Shown here one piece after another: positions 1 to 9,800 of a stretch of DNA of 64,000 nt; positions within the stretch are counted from its first letter, which is position 1; each line of letters opens with the position of its first letter. The translations under genes were made by a program, and so were the position numbers. The stretch is from the NCBI GenBank assembly GCA_963765765.1, contig CAVXYC010000015.1, forward strand, positions 672,001 to 736,000. Reading direction: 5' to 3'. The stretch is from an uncultured Chloroflexia bacterium (GTDB taxonomy: Bacteria > Chloroflexota > UBA6077 > JACCZL01). The notes below the pieces were generated by a model that was given only the letters and a program-made list of their open reading frames with translations, was not told the DNA's origin and did not search any database.

Positions 1-366
1 GAATATGTCCGCGAAATCGGCAGCGCAATCAAATGCGACGCACATCTCCACCGCATCGGAACCATAGTTGGTCACCGTCAGATGCTCGCGGAGGTGATCC
101 GTTACATCCCGCGCCCGAACGAGCAAGAGTGTTTCTGCTGGGATGGATGCGAGCGCAGGATTGGTGGCATGAAAAACAGCCGAATGCGCAGCGTTGGAGT
201 ACGACGAGAGCGCCACTGGCCGTGCTCCATTCACGGTGATCGTGAGCGCTGAGAGAAAGCGCGTATCAGCATGGAAAAAACCGTGCTCCGTACCGCGCAG
301 AATGTCTCCAAAGGCGTCAGACACAACAAATGTCGATCCATTGACGGTCGCATGCTCATTCTTCAC
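1..366 (-). CDS. Amylo-alpha-1,6-glucosidase / glycogen debranching enzyme, N-terminal part (runs off the window)
   Basis: Hand translation from GTG at 366 (GGAG upstream): MKNEHATVNGSTFVVSDAFGDI...GFFHADTRFLS...DFADIF. DTRFLS and DFADIF are typical of this family's N-terminal domain. Not in the ORF track. Confidence 0.85.
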   Translation of the reverse strand, partial: MKNEHATVNGSTFVVSDAFGDILRGTEHGFFHADTRFLSALTITVNGARPVALSSYSNAAHSAVFHATNPALASIPAETLLLVRARDVTDHLREHLTVTNYGSDAVEMCVAFDCAADFADIF

Positions 367-652
367 GAAATGCTCCAGTGGGTTGACTTGATTGCGGGTT
401 CAGGCAGGGCGAACGATAAGTGCGATCGCATCAAACTAGTGGCCCCGTGCGAGGGGTTTGGTGTTGGCATCAATGAAGGCGGACTGCATAGGGGCAGGGC
501 TCGGCTTGCGCTCGCTCGGACGCATCGGTTGACTCGAGCCGGGACTGATAGCTTCGCGAGCCACCTTAGCGTCGTGCTTCAGGTTGGAGACGCCCAGCCT
601 CTGCCCCGGCCATGCGATTGGCGAACATCACGCGACCAGCACGATTGCTGGT

Positions 653-1031
653 TCACGGTTCGCCCTCGGTCTTTGCCATGGCCAGGAGGACATTGGGTAG
701 TTCCGCTGATCGGGGTAACCGGTCATCGCTACCCGTTACTCGATCCTTGTTCTTGGCACCCGCTTCCGCAATTTCTCCGCCCGCCGTGGAGAACGGATCA
801 GCGACTGGCGTCATCCATTTGGGCGTCGCGACCATTGCAAGAATCGGCTCTTCGCTCACCGGGCAAATCGAGATGCTGGTTCGAAAGCCATTGCTCGCCA
901 CAGACCGACCCTGCACTGTCGCGAACGAACGAAAAATTTTGGAGATTATCCTGAGCGGACACTTGTCCGCCCACGAATCCAACGGTAAGTCCGGCGATCG
1001 CAGCAATTACCAAGATGTAGCGCCATTGCAT
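653..1031 (-). CDS. Secreted hypothetical protein (one frameshift near 900)
   Basis: GGAGG then ATG at 1031; signal peptide MQWRYILVIAAIAGLTVGFVGGQVSA; appears to continue in the 653..1006 frame. 3' end uncertain. Confidence 0.5.
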
Positions 1032-1238
1032 GAGTGCCTCCTGGGCATAGCTAGTCCCGGAGAAGGGTTATCTGTGACCCACGCCTGCCGAGAATGTGGC
1101 AGGTCTCGTCAGCAAGGACGAAAGAACGGAAACGAGGCGGGGATGCCTCGGTGCCAGGCCCGGCGAGCGGGCCGGCGAAACGTGCCGATGTCCGAAGTAT
1201 ACCGCGCTTTCCAAGCGGCCTGGCGTACTTCTCGCCGA

Positions 1239-1448
1239 TTAGTCTCTCGGCGCCCGCATCATCGTCTCTGCTGCGGCTCCCACGTCGAGCTCCACGCAGT
1301 CACGGTACAGGGAGATCATGGCCCAGGCGATGAGCCGCTGTGTTTCGACGTCCATGATCCGCTGACGTTGCTTGATGTCAGCGAGACGCTCCAGGCGAGC
1401 GAGGAAGAGCATGCGGAGCCGTTGGCGGTCCGGGTCCAGCTCGATCAC
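1239..1448 (-). CDS. Small hypothetical helical protein
   Basis: 69-aa ORF with amphipathic helical composition and GAGG upstream. Confidence 0.5.
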   Translation of the reverse strand: MIELDPDRQRLRMLFLARLERLADIKQRQRIMDVETQRLIAWAMISLYRDCVELDVGAAAETMMRAPRD

Positions 1449-1751
1449 GTGGGACGGCCTCGCTTATAGGTGCGTGCGAGAGTCCCCGCGCCGCATCCCA
1501 CGGTGAGTGCGTTAGTGATGCTTGTCGGGGTGATCACGTGAGCGATTAGGTGCCCGGCCCGGGCCCGCGTACATATCGCGGAGTCCGTGCCTATCATCGC
1601 GGGGATTCGACTTGATCGGAGCTACGCGGAGCGCGGGGTGCCAGGCGGATGAAGCACATCCAACAGACCGGTCCCCAGGCGTGGGGTATGGTCGCCGGGA
1701 GTCGATACAGCGGAGCCGTTCTGGTGTCACAATGGGCACATGGGTCAGTCA

Positions 1752-2132
1752 TCACGCGGGTCCAATCGCATCCAGTACCGCCTGGATGATGTCCTCGATA
1801 TCGAAGGGTTTGACGATCACCCGAGCATCGCCGTAGCGAGCCACATCAGACTGCGCCCGGTCGAGAAGCTTGGGGTTGGTCGAGGTCAGGATCACTGGGA
1901 TGTCCAGCGTCGCGGCCTCTCGATGGAGCTGCTCGAGTAGGTCCCACCCAGCCACCTCCCCCAGGACGAGATCAATGATGAGGAGATCCGGTTTGACCAC
2001 GGCGATGTGATCGAACGTCCGCGGAACGAAGTTCGTGGTCGTGACGTTGTAGTGCTCGTCCTCGAAGAGCGCGCGCACCAGGTCCAGGAATTCGGGTGCG
2101 CCGTCCACCGCGAAGATGTGCTGGCGATCCAT
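1752..2132 (-). CDS. Single-domain response regulator receiver
   Basis: PDLLIIDL (phospho-Asp), IPVILTST, VKPFD motifs; start placed at MDRQHIF. Confidence 0.88.
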   Translation of the reverse strand: MDRQHIFAVDGAPEFLDLVRALFEDEHYNVTTTNFVPRTFDHIAVVKPDLLIIDLVLGEVAGWDLLEQLHREAATLDIPVILTSTNPKLLDRAQSDVARYGDARVIVKPFDIEDIIQAVLDAIGPA

Positions 2133-2704
2133 CTGGAGACGTTCCACCTGGATACGTTCCTCAGCGACACACGGACCAGTCATTGTGCACCTCACTCGCC
2201 ACGATGCGGTCCGCCCGGTGTTGCCCGGAATCGTGACGTAGCCAATCGGGCCGATGCGAGTATCTCACTGTGACGGAGATGTGTCATGAGCATTTCGTCA
2301 TCGCGGTTCATCGTCGCTGGCAAGCCTGGTCTGTCCGGCTTTGACATCGCACGTATCGCTTTTCCCAATGATGGAAATCCCAGCGAGTGCGTGTCGGTGA
2401 ATCGACTGCTCCCTCGCCCCCGCGTGATCAGCCCAGGCCCGAACCGCCATCACCCTGGCCAAACGCGAAATCGCCGGGGAATGAACAAATGCTCATGACA
2501 GGCGCGTGCTCGAGGGCCATAGTGGGAGGGAATCGGATTTCCGACGCCTCATCCGGTGCCGTTTTCCGCGAAATGCCGAGAGTCGTGGTCGCCCCATCAT
2601 TTGAGCTCGCCGGTACCGCAACCACTAGGAGATTCAATGATTCATCCATCGTCGTCACTATGGCGATCCTTAGACGAGACGGGCGGGAGCCAGCAGGTCA
2701 GCAC

Positions 2705-3334
2705 ATGGCAGAGTTGACGTTCACCTACCCAAAGAGTCCCGTGATCATCGAAGACCCGCCCATCGCGAAGGCCCTGTTCAACGACGCACGGATGGCATGG
2801 GTCTGGCTGCCGTTACGCCTGTGGCTCGGGTACCAGTGGCTCGAGGCCGCGTCGCACAAGATCACAAATCCGGACTGGATGGGCAGCGGCGTGGCGATCC
2901 GCGGGTTCTGGGAGCGCGCCGTCGCGGTTAACCCGGCCACCGGCAAGGACCTCGTTACCTACGATTGGTATCAGGCCTTTCTGAATCTCCTCCTGGTAAC
3001 GAACAGCGAGGTCTGGTTTGGCAAGCTGGTTGCCGTGGGTGAGCTGGCAATCGGTCTGGGCCTGATCCTCGGCGCTTTTGTCGGAGTGACGGCCTTCTTC
3101 GGCGGCTTGATGAACTGGTCGTTCCTGATGGCGGGCACTGTCTCAACCAATCCGATCATGTTTGCGGTGACCGGCGTGCTGATCCTGGCTTGGAAAACGG
3201 CAGGGTACTATGGCCTGGATCGATACTTGCTCCCACTTGTTGGAACACCCTGGCAGCGGCGTGACCCTGGCGCAACCACCGGCTTGGCCACATCCGCGAA
3301 GCAGGTCACGACGCCCCGAAGGGGCACAGCGTGA
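2705..3334 (+). CDS. DoxX / TQO (DoxD-like) membrane protein
   Basis: LRLWLGYQWLEA..HK, GELAIGLGLILG, AGTVSTNP, AGYYGLDR motifs; start MAELTF at 2705. Confidence 0.88.
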   Translation: MAELTFTYPKSPVIIEDPPIAKALFNDARMAWVWLPLRLWLGYQWLEAASHKITNPDWMGSGVAIRGFWERAVAVNPATGKDLVTYDWYQAFLNLLLVTNSEVWFGKLVAVGELAIGLGLILGAFVGVTAFFGGLMNWSFLMAGTVSTNPIMFAVTGVLILAWKTAGYYGLDRYLLPLVGTPWQRRDPGATTGLATSAKQVTTPRRGTA

Positions 3335-3493
3335 GCAACGACAGCCCCAGCGCGTAGCTGTTAACTCCAGACGCCATTGGTGGAGCAGATTCTTTTCGGA
3401 CCGCCACGATTCGGCGGAAGAATTCGCCCGCATGACGATTGAGCCCGACGGGCGCAGGCCGCAGGACCCTTCGACAGCCCAGGAGTTTTGACA

Positions 3494-3955
3494 ATGGCGC
3501 TTCCACAATTTGATATCACACTCAGCGTACTCGCCGATGCGGCCGCAACACTTGACTTCGACGGCGGGCGCGGCCTGGGCCGCGAGCTCGTATTGGCAAC
3601 CCACGGTCTGGTGATCCAGGGCACATTGATTGGGCCCGGGGCCTACTTCCGAACGCTCGGCCGCCCGACGTCGCCGGCCGACGAAAAGCTGGGGGACGCG
3701 GACGCCGCGCAATTCCAGTTATTCGAAGAAATGACGCGTCGAGGACAAGCTCAGCACATCACAACGCGCGGGCTGGCCGCTAGCGGTAATGGGGTGGCAC
3801 TATCGCAAGTCCAGACCGAGGAGGCTTACGCCGCGTTTATCCATCTTCAGCATGTGACGATCATGAACGGGGGCGTTGGCATCCACCTGCCACTATGGCG
3901 CGCCCGGCTCACCGAGATCACTGGCTGGACGTTCGGCACGATCGTTCCGGAGTAA
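3494..3955 (+). CDS. GvpU-like (gas vesicle accessory family) protein
   Basis: LVIQGTLIGPGAYF...FIHL...LWRARLTEITGWTFG pattern resembles GvpU; AGGAG 8 nt before the ATG. Confidence 0.6.
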   Translation: MALPQFDITLSVLADAAATLDFDGGRGLGRELVLATHGLVIQGTLIGPGAYFRTLGRPTSPADEKLGDADAAQFQLFEEMTRRGQAQHITTRGLAASGNGVALSQVQTEEAYAAFIHLQHVTIMNGGVGIHLPLWRARLTEITGWTFGTIVPE

Positions 3956-4485
3956 GTCATCGTGTATGGGAATTCATAGTTGAGGCCGTGCCTCCGCGCT
4001 GCCGCCGAGTGTCAGCGCGGTCACGACACTACCAGATTAAAGGCTCCGGGAAAGCTCACGGTTGACGAGACTTGTGTGCGCACCCGCGTATCTTTTCTGC
4101 TCTCTCTCAGCCAACGCGAAGCGATCGATCGGTCGAGACAGTCGTCGGACCGTCGCGCTCAGTCCCATGTTTCTGTTTGCCGTCGCACACGGACGTACGC
4201 CTCTACGATAGTGAGCTCCAGTAGCGGGCGACGTGGCGTGATTACAGCGCGACGGTCAGCCTGTAATGGCACGCTAGCCCCGTACGGTTTATCACCGGGT
4301 GATATGCACCGGCATGGCGACGTGGAAACAACTGACGATCTCTCGGCGATCGGGTACCTGGTACTGATTAAGTACTTGGCCCGACGGATATGGAACACAT
4401 GAAAGCACAGATGGGACTTCACGGAGAACAAATTCGTCCTTGAGGCCCCTTATGCTCTCTCACACTTGCGTAAGATGAAGTTGTA

Positions 4486-6771
4486 ATGACGGCCGACACT
4501 TCATCAGAGCCCAAGGTGCCGGCGCACCTAGCCTTCGCGGAGCGGTATCCGTTTCCGCTCGATGACTTTCAACTTCAGGCGATGGAAGCCCTCACCCACG
4601 GGAAGTCTGTGCTGGTGGCGGCGCCAACAGGTACCGGGAAGACTGTTGTGGCCGAGTTCGGCGTAGATCAAGCGCTCGCAGCCGGACTTCGCGCGTTCTA
4701 TACGACTCCCATCAAGGCGCTGTCCAATCAAAAGTTCCGTGATTTCCAGGCTGGGTATGGAGATCAGGTTGGTCTTGTCACGGGCGATTTGACGATCAAC
4801 CCTGACGGTCGCTTGCTTGTCATGACTACCGAAGTGTTGCGCAATATGCTCATTCAGAGCGGCGCCGCGCCCGCGGATCTGGGTGTGGTGATTTTTGACG
4901 AAGTGCACTACGTCGGTGATCTCCAGCGGGGCACGGCCTGGGAGGAAGCAATTCTGCTCGCTCCACCCCATCTGCCATTCGTCTGTCTTTCGGCGACGGT
5001 GCCAAATGCGCTGGAGGTGGCCTCCTGGATACGCTCGAGCCACGGTGACCTGGTCTGTATCGAGCATCATGAACGAGCTGTACCTCTTGAGCATTACTAC
5101 TTTGTGGATGGGAAGGCGAGCCGGCTGATTGATACGGATGGGAAGCGGACGGATCGCATACCGCGCGTCGGCGGTGAGCTGGCAGGCCGGATCAGATTCG
5201 GGGATATGCCCGGCTCACCTCCGCAGTCCAATCGCGAGCCTCGCCCCCAGGTGGAACCGGCGGATGTCGTTCGCTATCTCGAAAAGCAAAGGCTCACACC
5301 GGCGATCTATTTTCTTTTTGGGCGGCGCGCCTGCGAACAGTCTGCCCAGGCGTGCCTAACCCTGCCACCAGTCCCGTATGCCAAGGAGATGGTGCGCGAG
5401 GCGCAAGCGCGGCTCTCTGACTTGCCGCCCGAAGATCGACAAATGCGGCAGGTCACCTTGTTAATTCACCTTCTCTCGAGGGGCATCGCCGTGCACCATG
5501 CGGGACTTCTGCCGGTGATCAAGATCCTTGTTGAAGAGCTTTTCGCCTCCGGGCGCCTGCGAGCTGTCTTTGCCACCGATACGCTGGCGCTAGGTATCAA
5601 TATGCCAGCTCGAACCGTGGTGATCGGGGAGATGCTGAAGTTCGATGGCGAGTCGCGTCGACTGCTTACCCCCAACGAGTATCGTCAGATGATTGGGCGT
5701 GCTGGGCGTAGAGGCATCGATGAGCGCGGCGTTGCCATGATGGTCTACTCCCCATGGGTCCGGGCGGTCGATGCACTGGAGATAGCTGCCGGCGATCTCC
5801 TGCCGCTGGAAAGCGCATTTCAGCCAACGTACAGCACCGCCGCGAACCTCTGGCGCGAACCAGGGGACGAGGAGCGTCTGGCCGACCTGTATGCTCGCAG
5901 CCTGCGCCGCTTTCAGCATGACGCTGTGCTGGAGCAGCTCGCCGAGGAATACGAGGAGACCCAGGCACGGTTTCATGCCCGAGCCGATCGGTCGCCGGGT
6001 GACCCGAGAGTCTGGGCCGATGCGCACGAGCTCTCAGCCATCGAAGATCGGCGTCGATTTGCTCAGAATCGGGCGCGTTCCGAATCGCGCAAGGTGGTTC
6101 AGGGGCTGGGTCGCGTCATGGAACGGTTCGGTTATTTGAGCGTGCGTCGACCTACCTGGAAAGCCGAGCTGCTTCGCAACATATTTGATACCAATGCACT
6201 GACTCTCGCTGAGCTCCTCAACGCTAAGCTGCTCAACGGTCTCGATCCAGCGGAGATCGGAGAGGTGTGCTCGTGGTTCACCTGGGATCGTGATTCGCCC
6301 ATTCGGTCCTTGCCCATCTCACCGAGACTCCATCGCGTGCGAGAGCAGCTCAACCGCATCCATGGCGACGTCCTCCATGAAGAAACTCGTGCCGGGCTGG
6401 ATATCTCGCGGCCGCTTTCCCTCGACTTCCAGGGAGTAGCTCTCGCGTGGGCAGAAGGTAACACGCTGGCGGAGATCGCTCAGCGATCGCGTATTGCGGA
6501 AGGTGACCTGGTCGGCCTCCTTCAGAAGACGCTCGATCTTCTCAATCAGCTCAAAGTGGCCGCCTCGCGCGCGAGCGGGCCAAACAGTCAGGGCGGGCCA
6601 GTGGGATTCGATGATCGCTTTCTGACGCGTCTCGACAACGCCGACCAGCTTCTCCGGCGAGGAGTGGTGGAGGCCCTTATCGTTGGGCCGTCTCGGGTCT
6701 CCCAGATCCAGATGAGGGCGAGACCTGGGATGTGCCGCCGCTGGATGATCGAACGGCAGTCGGAGCGATGA
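4486..6771 (+). CDS. helY: Ski2-like DEAD/DEAH box RNA helicase (HelY family)
   Basis: APTGTGKT, TPIKALSNQK, DEVH, LSAT, HHAG, QMIGRAGRRG; C-terminal EGDL...RRGVV domain. The last ~30 aa may be frameshifted. Confidence 0.93.
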   Translation: MTADTSSEPKVPAHLAFAERYPFPLDDFQLQAMEALTHGKSVLVAAPTGTGKTVVAEFGVDQALAAGLRAFYTTPIKALSNQKFRDFQAGYGDQVGLVTGDLTINPDGRLLVMTTEVLRNMLIQSGAAPADLGVVIFDEVHYVGDLQRGTAWEEAILLAPPHLPFVCLSATVPNALEVASWIRSSHGDLVCIEHHERAVPLEHYYFVDGKASRLIDTDGKRTDRIPRVGGELAGRIRFGDMPGSPPQSNREPRPQVEPADVVRYLEKQRLTPAIYFLFGRRACEQSAQACLTLPPVPYAKEMVREAQARLSDLPPEDRQMRQVTLLIHLLSRGIAVHHAGLLPVIKILVEELFASGRLRAVFATDTLALGINMPARTVVIGEMLKFDGESRRLLTPNEYRQMIGRAGRRGIDERGVAMMVYSPWVRAVDALEIAAGDLLPLESAFQPTYSTAANLWREPGDEERLADLYARSLRRFQHDAVLEQLAEEYEETQARFHARADRSPGDPRVWADAHELSAIEDRRRFAQNRARSESRKVVQGLGRVMERFGYLSVRRPTWKAELLRNIFDTNALTLAELLNAKLLNGLDPAEIGEVCSWFTWDRDSPIRSLPISPRLHRVREQLNRIHGDVLHEETRAGLDISRPLSLDFQGVALAWAEGNTLAEIAQRSRIAEGDLVGLLQKTLDLLNQLKVAASRASGPNSQGGPVGFDDRFLTRLDNADQLLRRGVVEALIVGPSRVSQIQMRARPGMCRRWMIERQSER

Positions 6772-6854
6772 AACCGCGGCGTCGACATCCGGGGCCGCCT
6801 CGGAGACAAGGACCGCCTAGAAGACGACGGCGGGGGCAATAGCGAGGCAAATCT

Positions 6855-6965
6855 GGCGCGAAGCGCTTTTGGAGTGCGCGCGGAACGCCGCTTTGTAGGG
6901 CGTACGTGCCGGCAGGGATGTCTAGAAAGCGGCGCTCCGCGCGCACTCCAGAAGCGCTTCGCGCC
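6855..6965. repeat. REP-like inverted-repeat doublet (44-bp arms, 3 mismatches, 23-bp spacer)
   Basis: GGCGCGAAGCGCTTTTGGAGTGCGCGCGGAACGCCGCTTTGTAG (6855-6898) pairs with CTAGAAAGCGGCGCTCCGCGCGCACTCCAGAAGCGCTTCGCGCC (6922-6965). Confidence 0.85.
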
Positions 6966-6982
6966 GCTTGACTTATCGGCAG

Positions 6983-7138
6983 CTAGGCTCGGGACAACTC
7001 TCCTGCTCCGGTGGCTGTCACAGACGACCCGCAGCGTGTGCACCGTCGTCGCCACGGACCAAAGACGGTGAACATCATCGTCTGGTTCTCCTGACGCACC
7101 TCATGACAACGAGGGCAAAAGTAGACATCGGGTTTCAC
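6983..7138 (-). CDS. Small zinc-ribbon protein (51 aa)
   Basis: GGAGG then GTG at 7138; CPRC and CTRC pairs. Confidence 0.6.
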   Translation of the reverse strand: MKPDVYFCPRCHEVRQENQTMMFTVFGPWRRRCTRCGSSVTATGAGELSRA

Positions 7139-7529
7139 AGCGAGCCTCCCCAGATTCGCAGTTGGATATGGCAGCACGATACTGCGTGGGGCGACTTGTC
7201 AGGCCAAATTATTCGATACAGCGATGTCTCACTTTGTGGTTTCGATGATGTTGAGCTGGTTCAGGACGCCCTCCGCGCCAAGGTCCGGGTCACACGCTCA
7301 TCAACGAGATCCGCGAGATGCATCCGGATGACAGAAAGCTTGGAGAGGAATTTTCCGCTGCGAATGGAAGATGCACGGCAGCACAGTAAGGAGTGGAGAT
7401 GTTTCCCAGGTGACGGCAAACATGAACCGCAGCTTGGTGTGCCCGGCGATTGGCTTCGAGCCGCGGAAACTTCTCTTTCGGATCGCAGCGCAATGATGAG
7501 TTATGCGTTGAGACGCCTACTCATGACTT

Positions 7530-8135
7530 TCAGTTCTTTAGAACGATTTTTCCACCGATGGCGGACCATATGGCCAGGCCTACCATTTGGGCCGTCCAGG
7601 GCGCGCCAAGCTCCGCTGCCTTCTGAATGAGCGCATCGGCGTATTTGAAATAGTAGCCAACGGTAAAGGTCGGCTGTCCAGCGGCGGGAATCGCCGCCCC
7701 GATAAGATCGTCGAGGAACGGAAATTCGCTTGGCCTGGCTACTGCAAGCGCTGCCGATGCCGTGGCCGGCCCCACACCGCCCAGCTCGCAAAACGCTGCC
7801 AGTGCCTTCCTGGGCGGCACCGACGTGTCAAACGCGGAACGGGCACAGGAATCGATTCGTTCAGCGGGATTGGCTCGAACCAGGGCGAGATTTCTCGCCC
7901 GCCATTCGCCCCGTTTCATCTTCCAGCGCACGATCTTACTAAGCTCTTCTAGGTCCAGGGTGGCAGGATTTCGCGCCCGAACTATCCCAGGGAGATCCTC
8001 GCGATACCAGCGATCAAGCTCGGGAAGATCGCCGGCATCCTGGGCCACGATAACATCGGGATAGGCATCCAATGCTCGCTGCCAGGCGTTCTTGTCCTTC
8101 GATTCGAAGAGTCGTGAGCCGTCGTGGATTGCCAT
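7530..8135 (-). CDS. Amun-like HhH (putative DNA glycosylase-fold) protein
   Basis: LDRWYREDLP, WKMKRGEWR, LGGVGPATASAALA, FPFLDD motifs; start overlaps the stop of the upstream gene. Confidence 0.75.
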   Translation of the reverse strand: MAIHDGSRLFESKDKNAWQRALDAYPDVIVAQDAGDLPELDRWYREDLPGIVRARNPATLDLEELSKIVRWKMKRGEWRARNLALVRANPAERIDSCARSAFDTSVPPRKALAAFCELGGVGPATASAALAVARPSEFPFLDDLIGAAIPAAGQPTFTVGYYFKYADALIQKAAELGAPWTAQMVGLAIWSAIGGKIVLKN

Positions 8136-8815
8136 CAGGCTGAAACGAGATCGGCGGTTATGATGGTCCGAAGATCAGTTGAGATGCGCAGTTCCGGCTC
8201 GGTGCACGCTTGCACAGACTCCGGAGTCCAGCCCTCGACAACCTCGTCCAGAACGAGCCCGTCGGGATGCACGCTGACGACGGCGATATCGGTGAAGATC
8301 TTTTTAACGACGCCAAGGGCGGTGAGCGGGTAGGTGCAATGTCGAACGATCTTCGGTGCACCGTCGCGCGTTGTGTGCGTCATCACCACAAACAGCCGCT
8401 TTGCGCCAATAGCAACGTCCATGGCCCCGCCGATACTGCCCATGGGCTCCTCGGGCACGCGCCAATTCGCTAGGTCGCCGTTTTCAGCGACCTGCATCCC
8501 CCCGAGCACCGCGGCGTCGAGATGTTTGCCGCGGATGATAGCGAAGGAATCGGCATGGTGCACGATGGACGCCCCGGTCACGAGGGAGATGTGCTCTTTG
8601 CTGGCATTGATGAGCTGCGGGTCCCACATTGTAGGGTCAGTCACAATCGGCCCCATACCAACCAGGCCGTTCTCGCTCTGCAGGATGACCTCACGTCCCG
8701 CTGGGACGTAGCTCGATGTAAGGGTTGGAATACCTATTCCGAGATTGACAAACCAGCCGTCCTGCAGCTCCGCCGCGACTCGCGCGGCCATCTGCTCACG
8801 TGACAATCGAATCAT
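8135..8815 (-). CDS. 3-oxoacid CoA-transferase subunit B (PcaJ/ScoB-like)
   Basis: VNLGIGIPT, QSENG (catalytic Glu), GDLANW, GGAMD. Confidence 0.95.
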   Translation of the reverse strand: MIRLSREQMAARVAAELQDGWFVNLGIGIPTLTSSYVPAGREVILQSENGLVGMGPIVTDPTMWDPQLINASKEHISLVTGASIVHHADSFAIIRGKHLDAAVLGGMQVAENGDLANWRVPEEPMGSIGGAMDVAIGAKRLFVVMTHTTRDGAPKIVRHCTYPLTALGVVKKIFTDIAVVSVHPDGLVLDEVVEGWTPESVQACTEPELRISTDLRTIITADLVSA

Positions 8816-9492
8816 GGTCGGCTATCCCCGTCGCGCCGCTGGACTACGCGATGGACAAAAACGCCCGACGTGGCGATGTTCTCAGGGTCAAGGCTGCCCA
8901 GCTCAACGATCTCGTCGACTTCTGCGATGGTGACGGTCGCGGCCATGGCCATCACTGGATTGAAATTGCGCATTGCCATCCGATACGTCAAATTCCCCCA
9001 TCGATCTCCCTTATGGGCGCGGATGATGGCGAAGTCCGCATGTAGTGGCTCTTCCAGTAGGAACTTTCCCCCTTTCATCTCAATAACCTGCTTACCCGCG
9101 GCCACATCGGTACCCACTCCCGTAGGGGTAAGGAAGCCGCCGAGCCCGGCCCCAGCGCAGCGCATGCGCTCAGACATCGTGCCCTGAGGGACGAGTTCCA
9201 ACTCTACTTCGCCTGACTTATGCAGCTCGCGGAAGACATGCCCATCTGGATAATGCGGAAACGAGCAGATGACCTTGCTGACCGCGCCTGCCAGCAAGAG
9301 CTCGGCGACGCCTTCGTCGCGGTTCCCCGCATTGTTATTGACTACCGTCAAGCGTTTGGCGCCTGATTTCGCGAGCGCTCCGATGAGCTGGTACGGCACA
9401 CCGACTTCACCAAATCCGCCGATGAGCACAATTGCTCCATCGAACACATCGCGAACCGCGTCTTCAGGATTGGAGACAATTTTATTGAGCAT
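8812..9492 (-). CDS. 3-oxoacid CoA-transferase subunit A (PcaI/ScoA-like)
   Basis: IGGFG, NNAG, ELVPQGT, TPTGVGT, DRWGNL, RNFNP. Confidence 0.95.
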   Translation of the reverse strand: MLNKIVSNPEDAVRDVFDGAIVLIGGFGEVGVPYQLIGALAKSGAKRLTVVNNNAGNRDEGVAELLLAGAVSKVICSFPHYPDGHVFRELHKSGEVELELVPQGTMSERMRCAGAGLGGFLTPTGVGTDVAAGKQVIEMKGGKFLLEEPLHADFAIIRAHKGDRWGNLTYRMAMRNFNPVMAMAATVTIAEVDEIVELGSLDPENIATSGVFVHRVVQRRDGDSRP

Positions 9493-9800
9493 CGGTGATG
9501 AGCTTGATCCCGGAATCTCGAGCGAGTGTCATTACTATCTGACTGGTTTCGGCAATGCAACACCATTGGATGCAGCAGGGCTCAAGCTTAGGCCCAGGCG
9601 CTAATGTGTCGCAATGGATACGTCCCGTTTCTGGTCCGTGCTGTGTCACGAACGTTTCGCGCATAGATGCGTAGGCAGCGCGCGATGCGCAGGCCCGGTT
9701 CGATGAATCGCTGCTGTGATCCGAATTGCATATCCGCTGCCCATCGTGTCTGTTACGATAGTGCGTCAGCGGCGGCTTTAGGCATCCTGGAGGCTCTTAG

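Noticed and set aside
860-900. tRNA-like GGTTCGAA...CCA
   Set aside because: No T-stem pairing, acceptor stem or anticodon arm; lies within a probable minus-strand CDS.
271-1469. Long plus-strand ORFs (227 and 285 aa) and other antisense ORFs over groEL, pnp and cox
   Set aside because: Shadow ORFs typical of high-GC DNA; they overlap better-supported opposite-strand genes and carry no motifs.
3960-4480. About 500-bp gap before helY as ncRNA or CDS
   Set aside because: No recognisable RNA motif or convincing protein; left unannotated.
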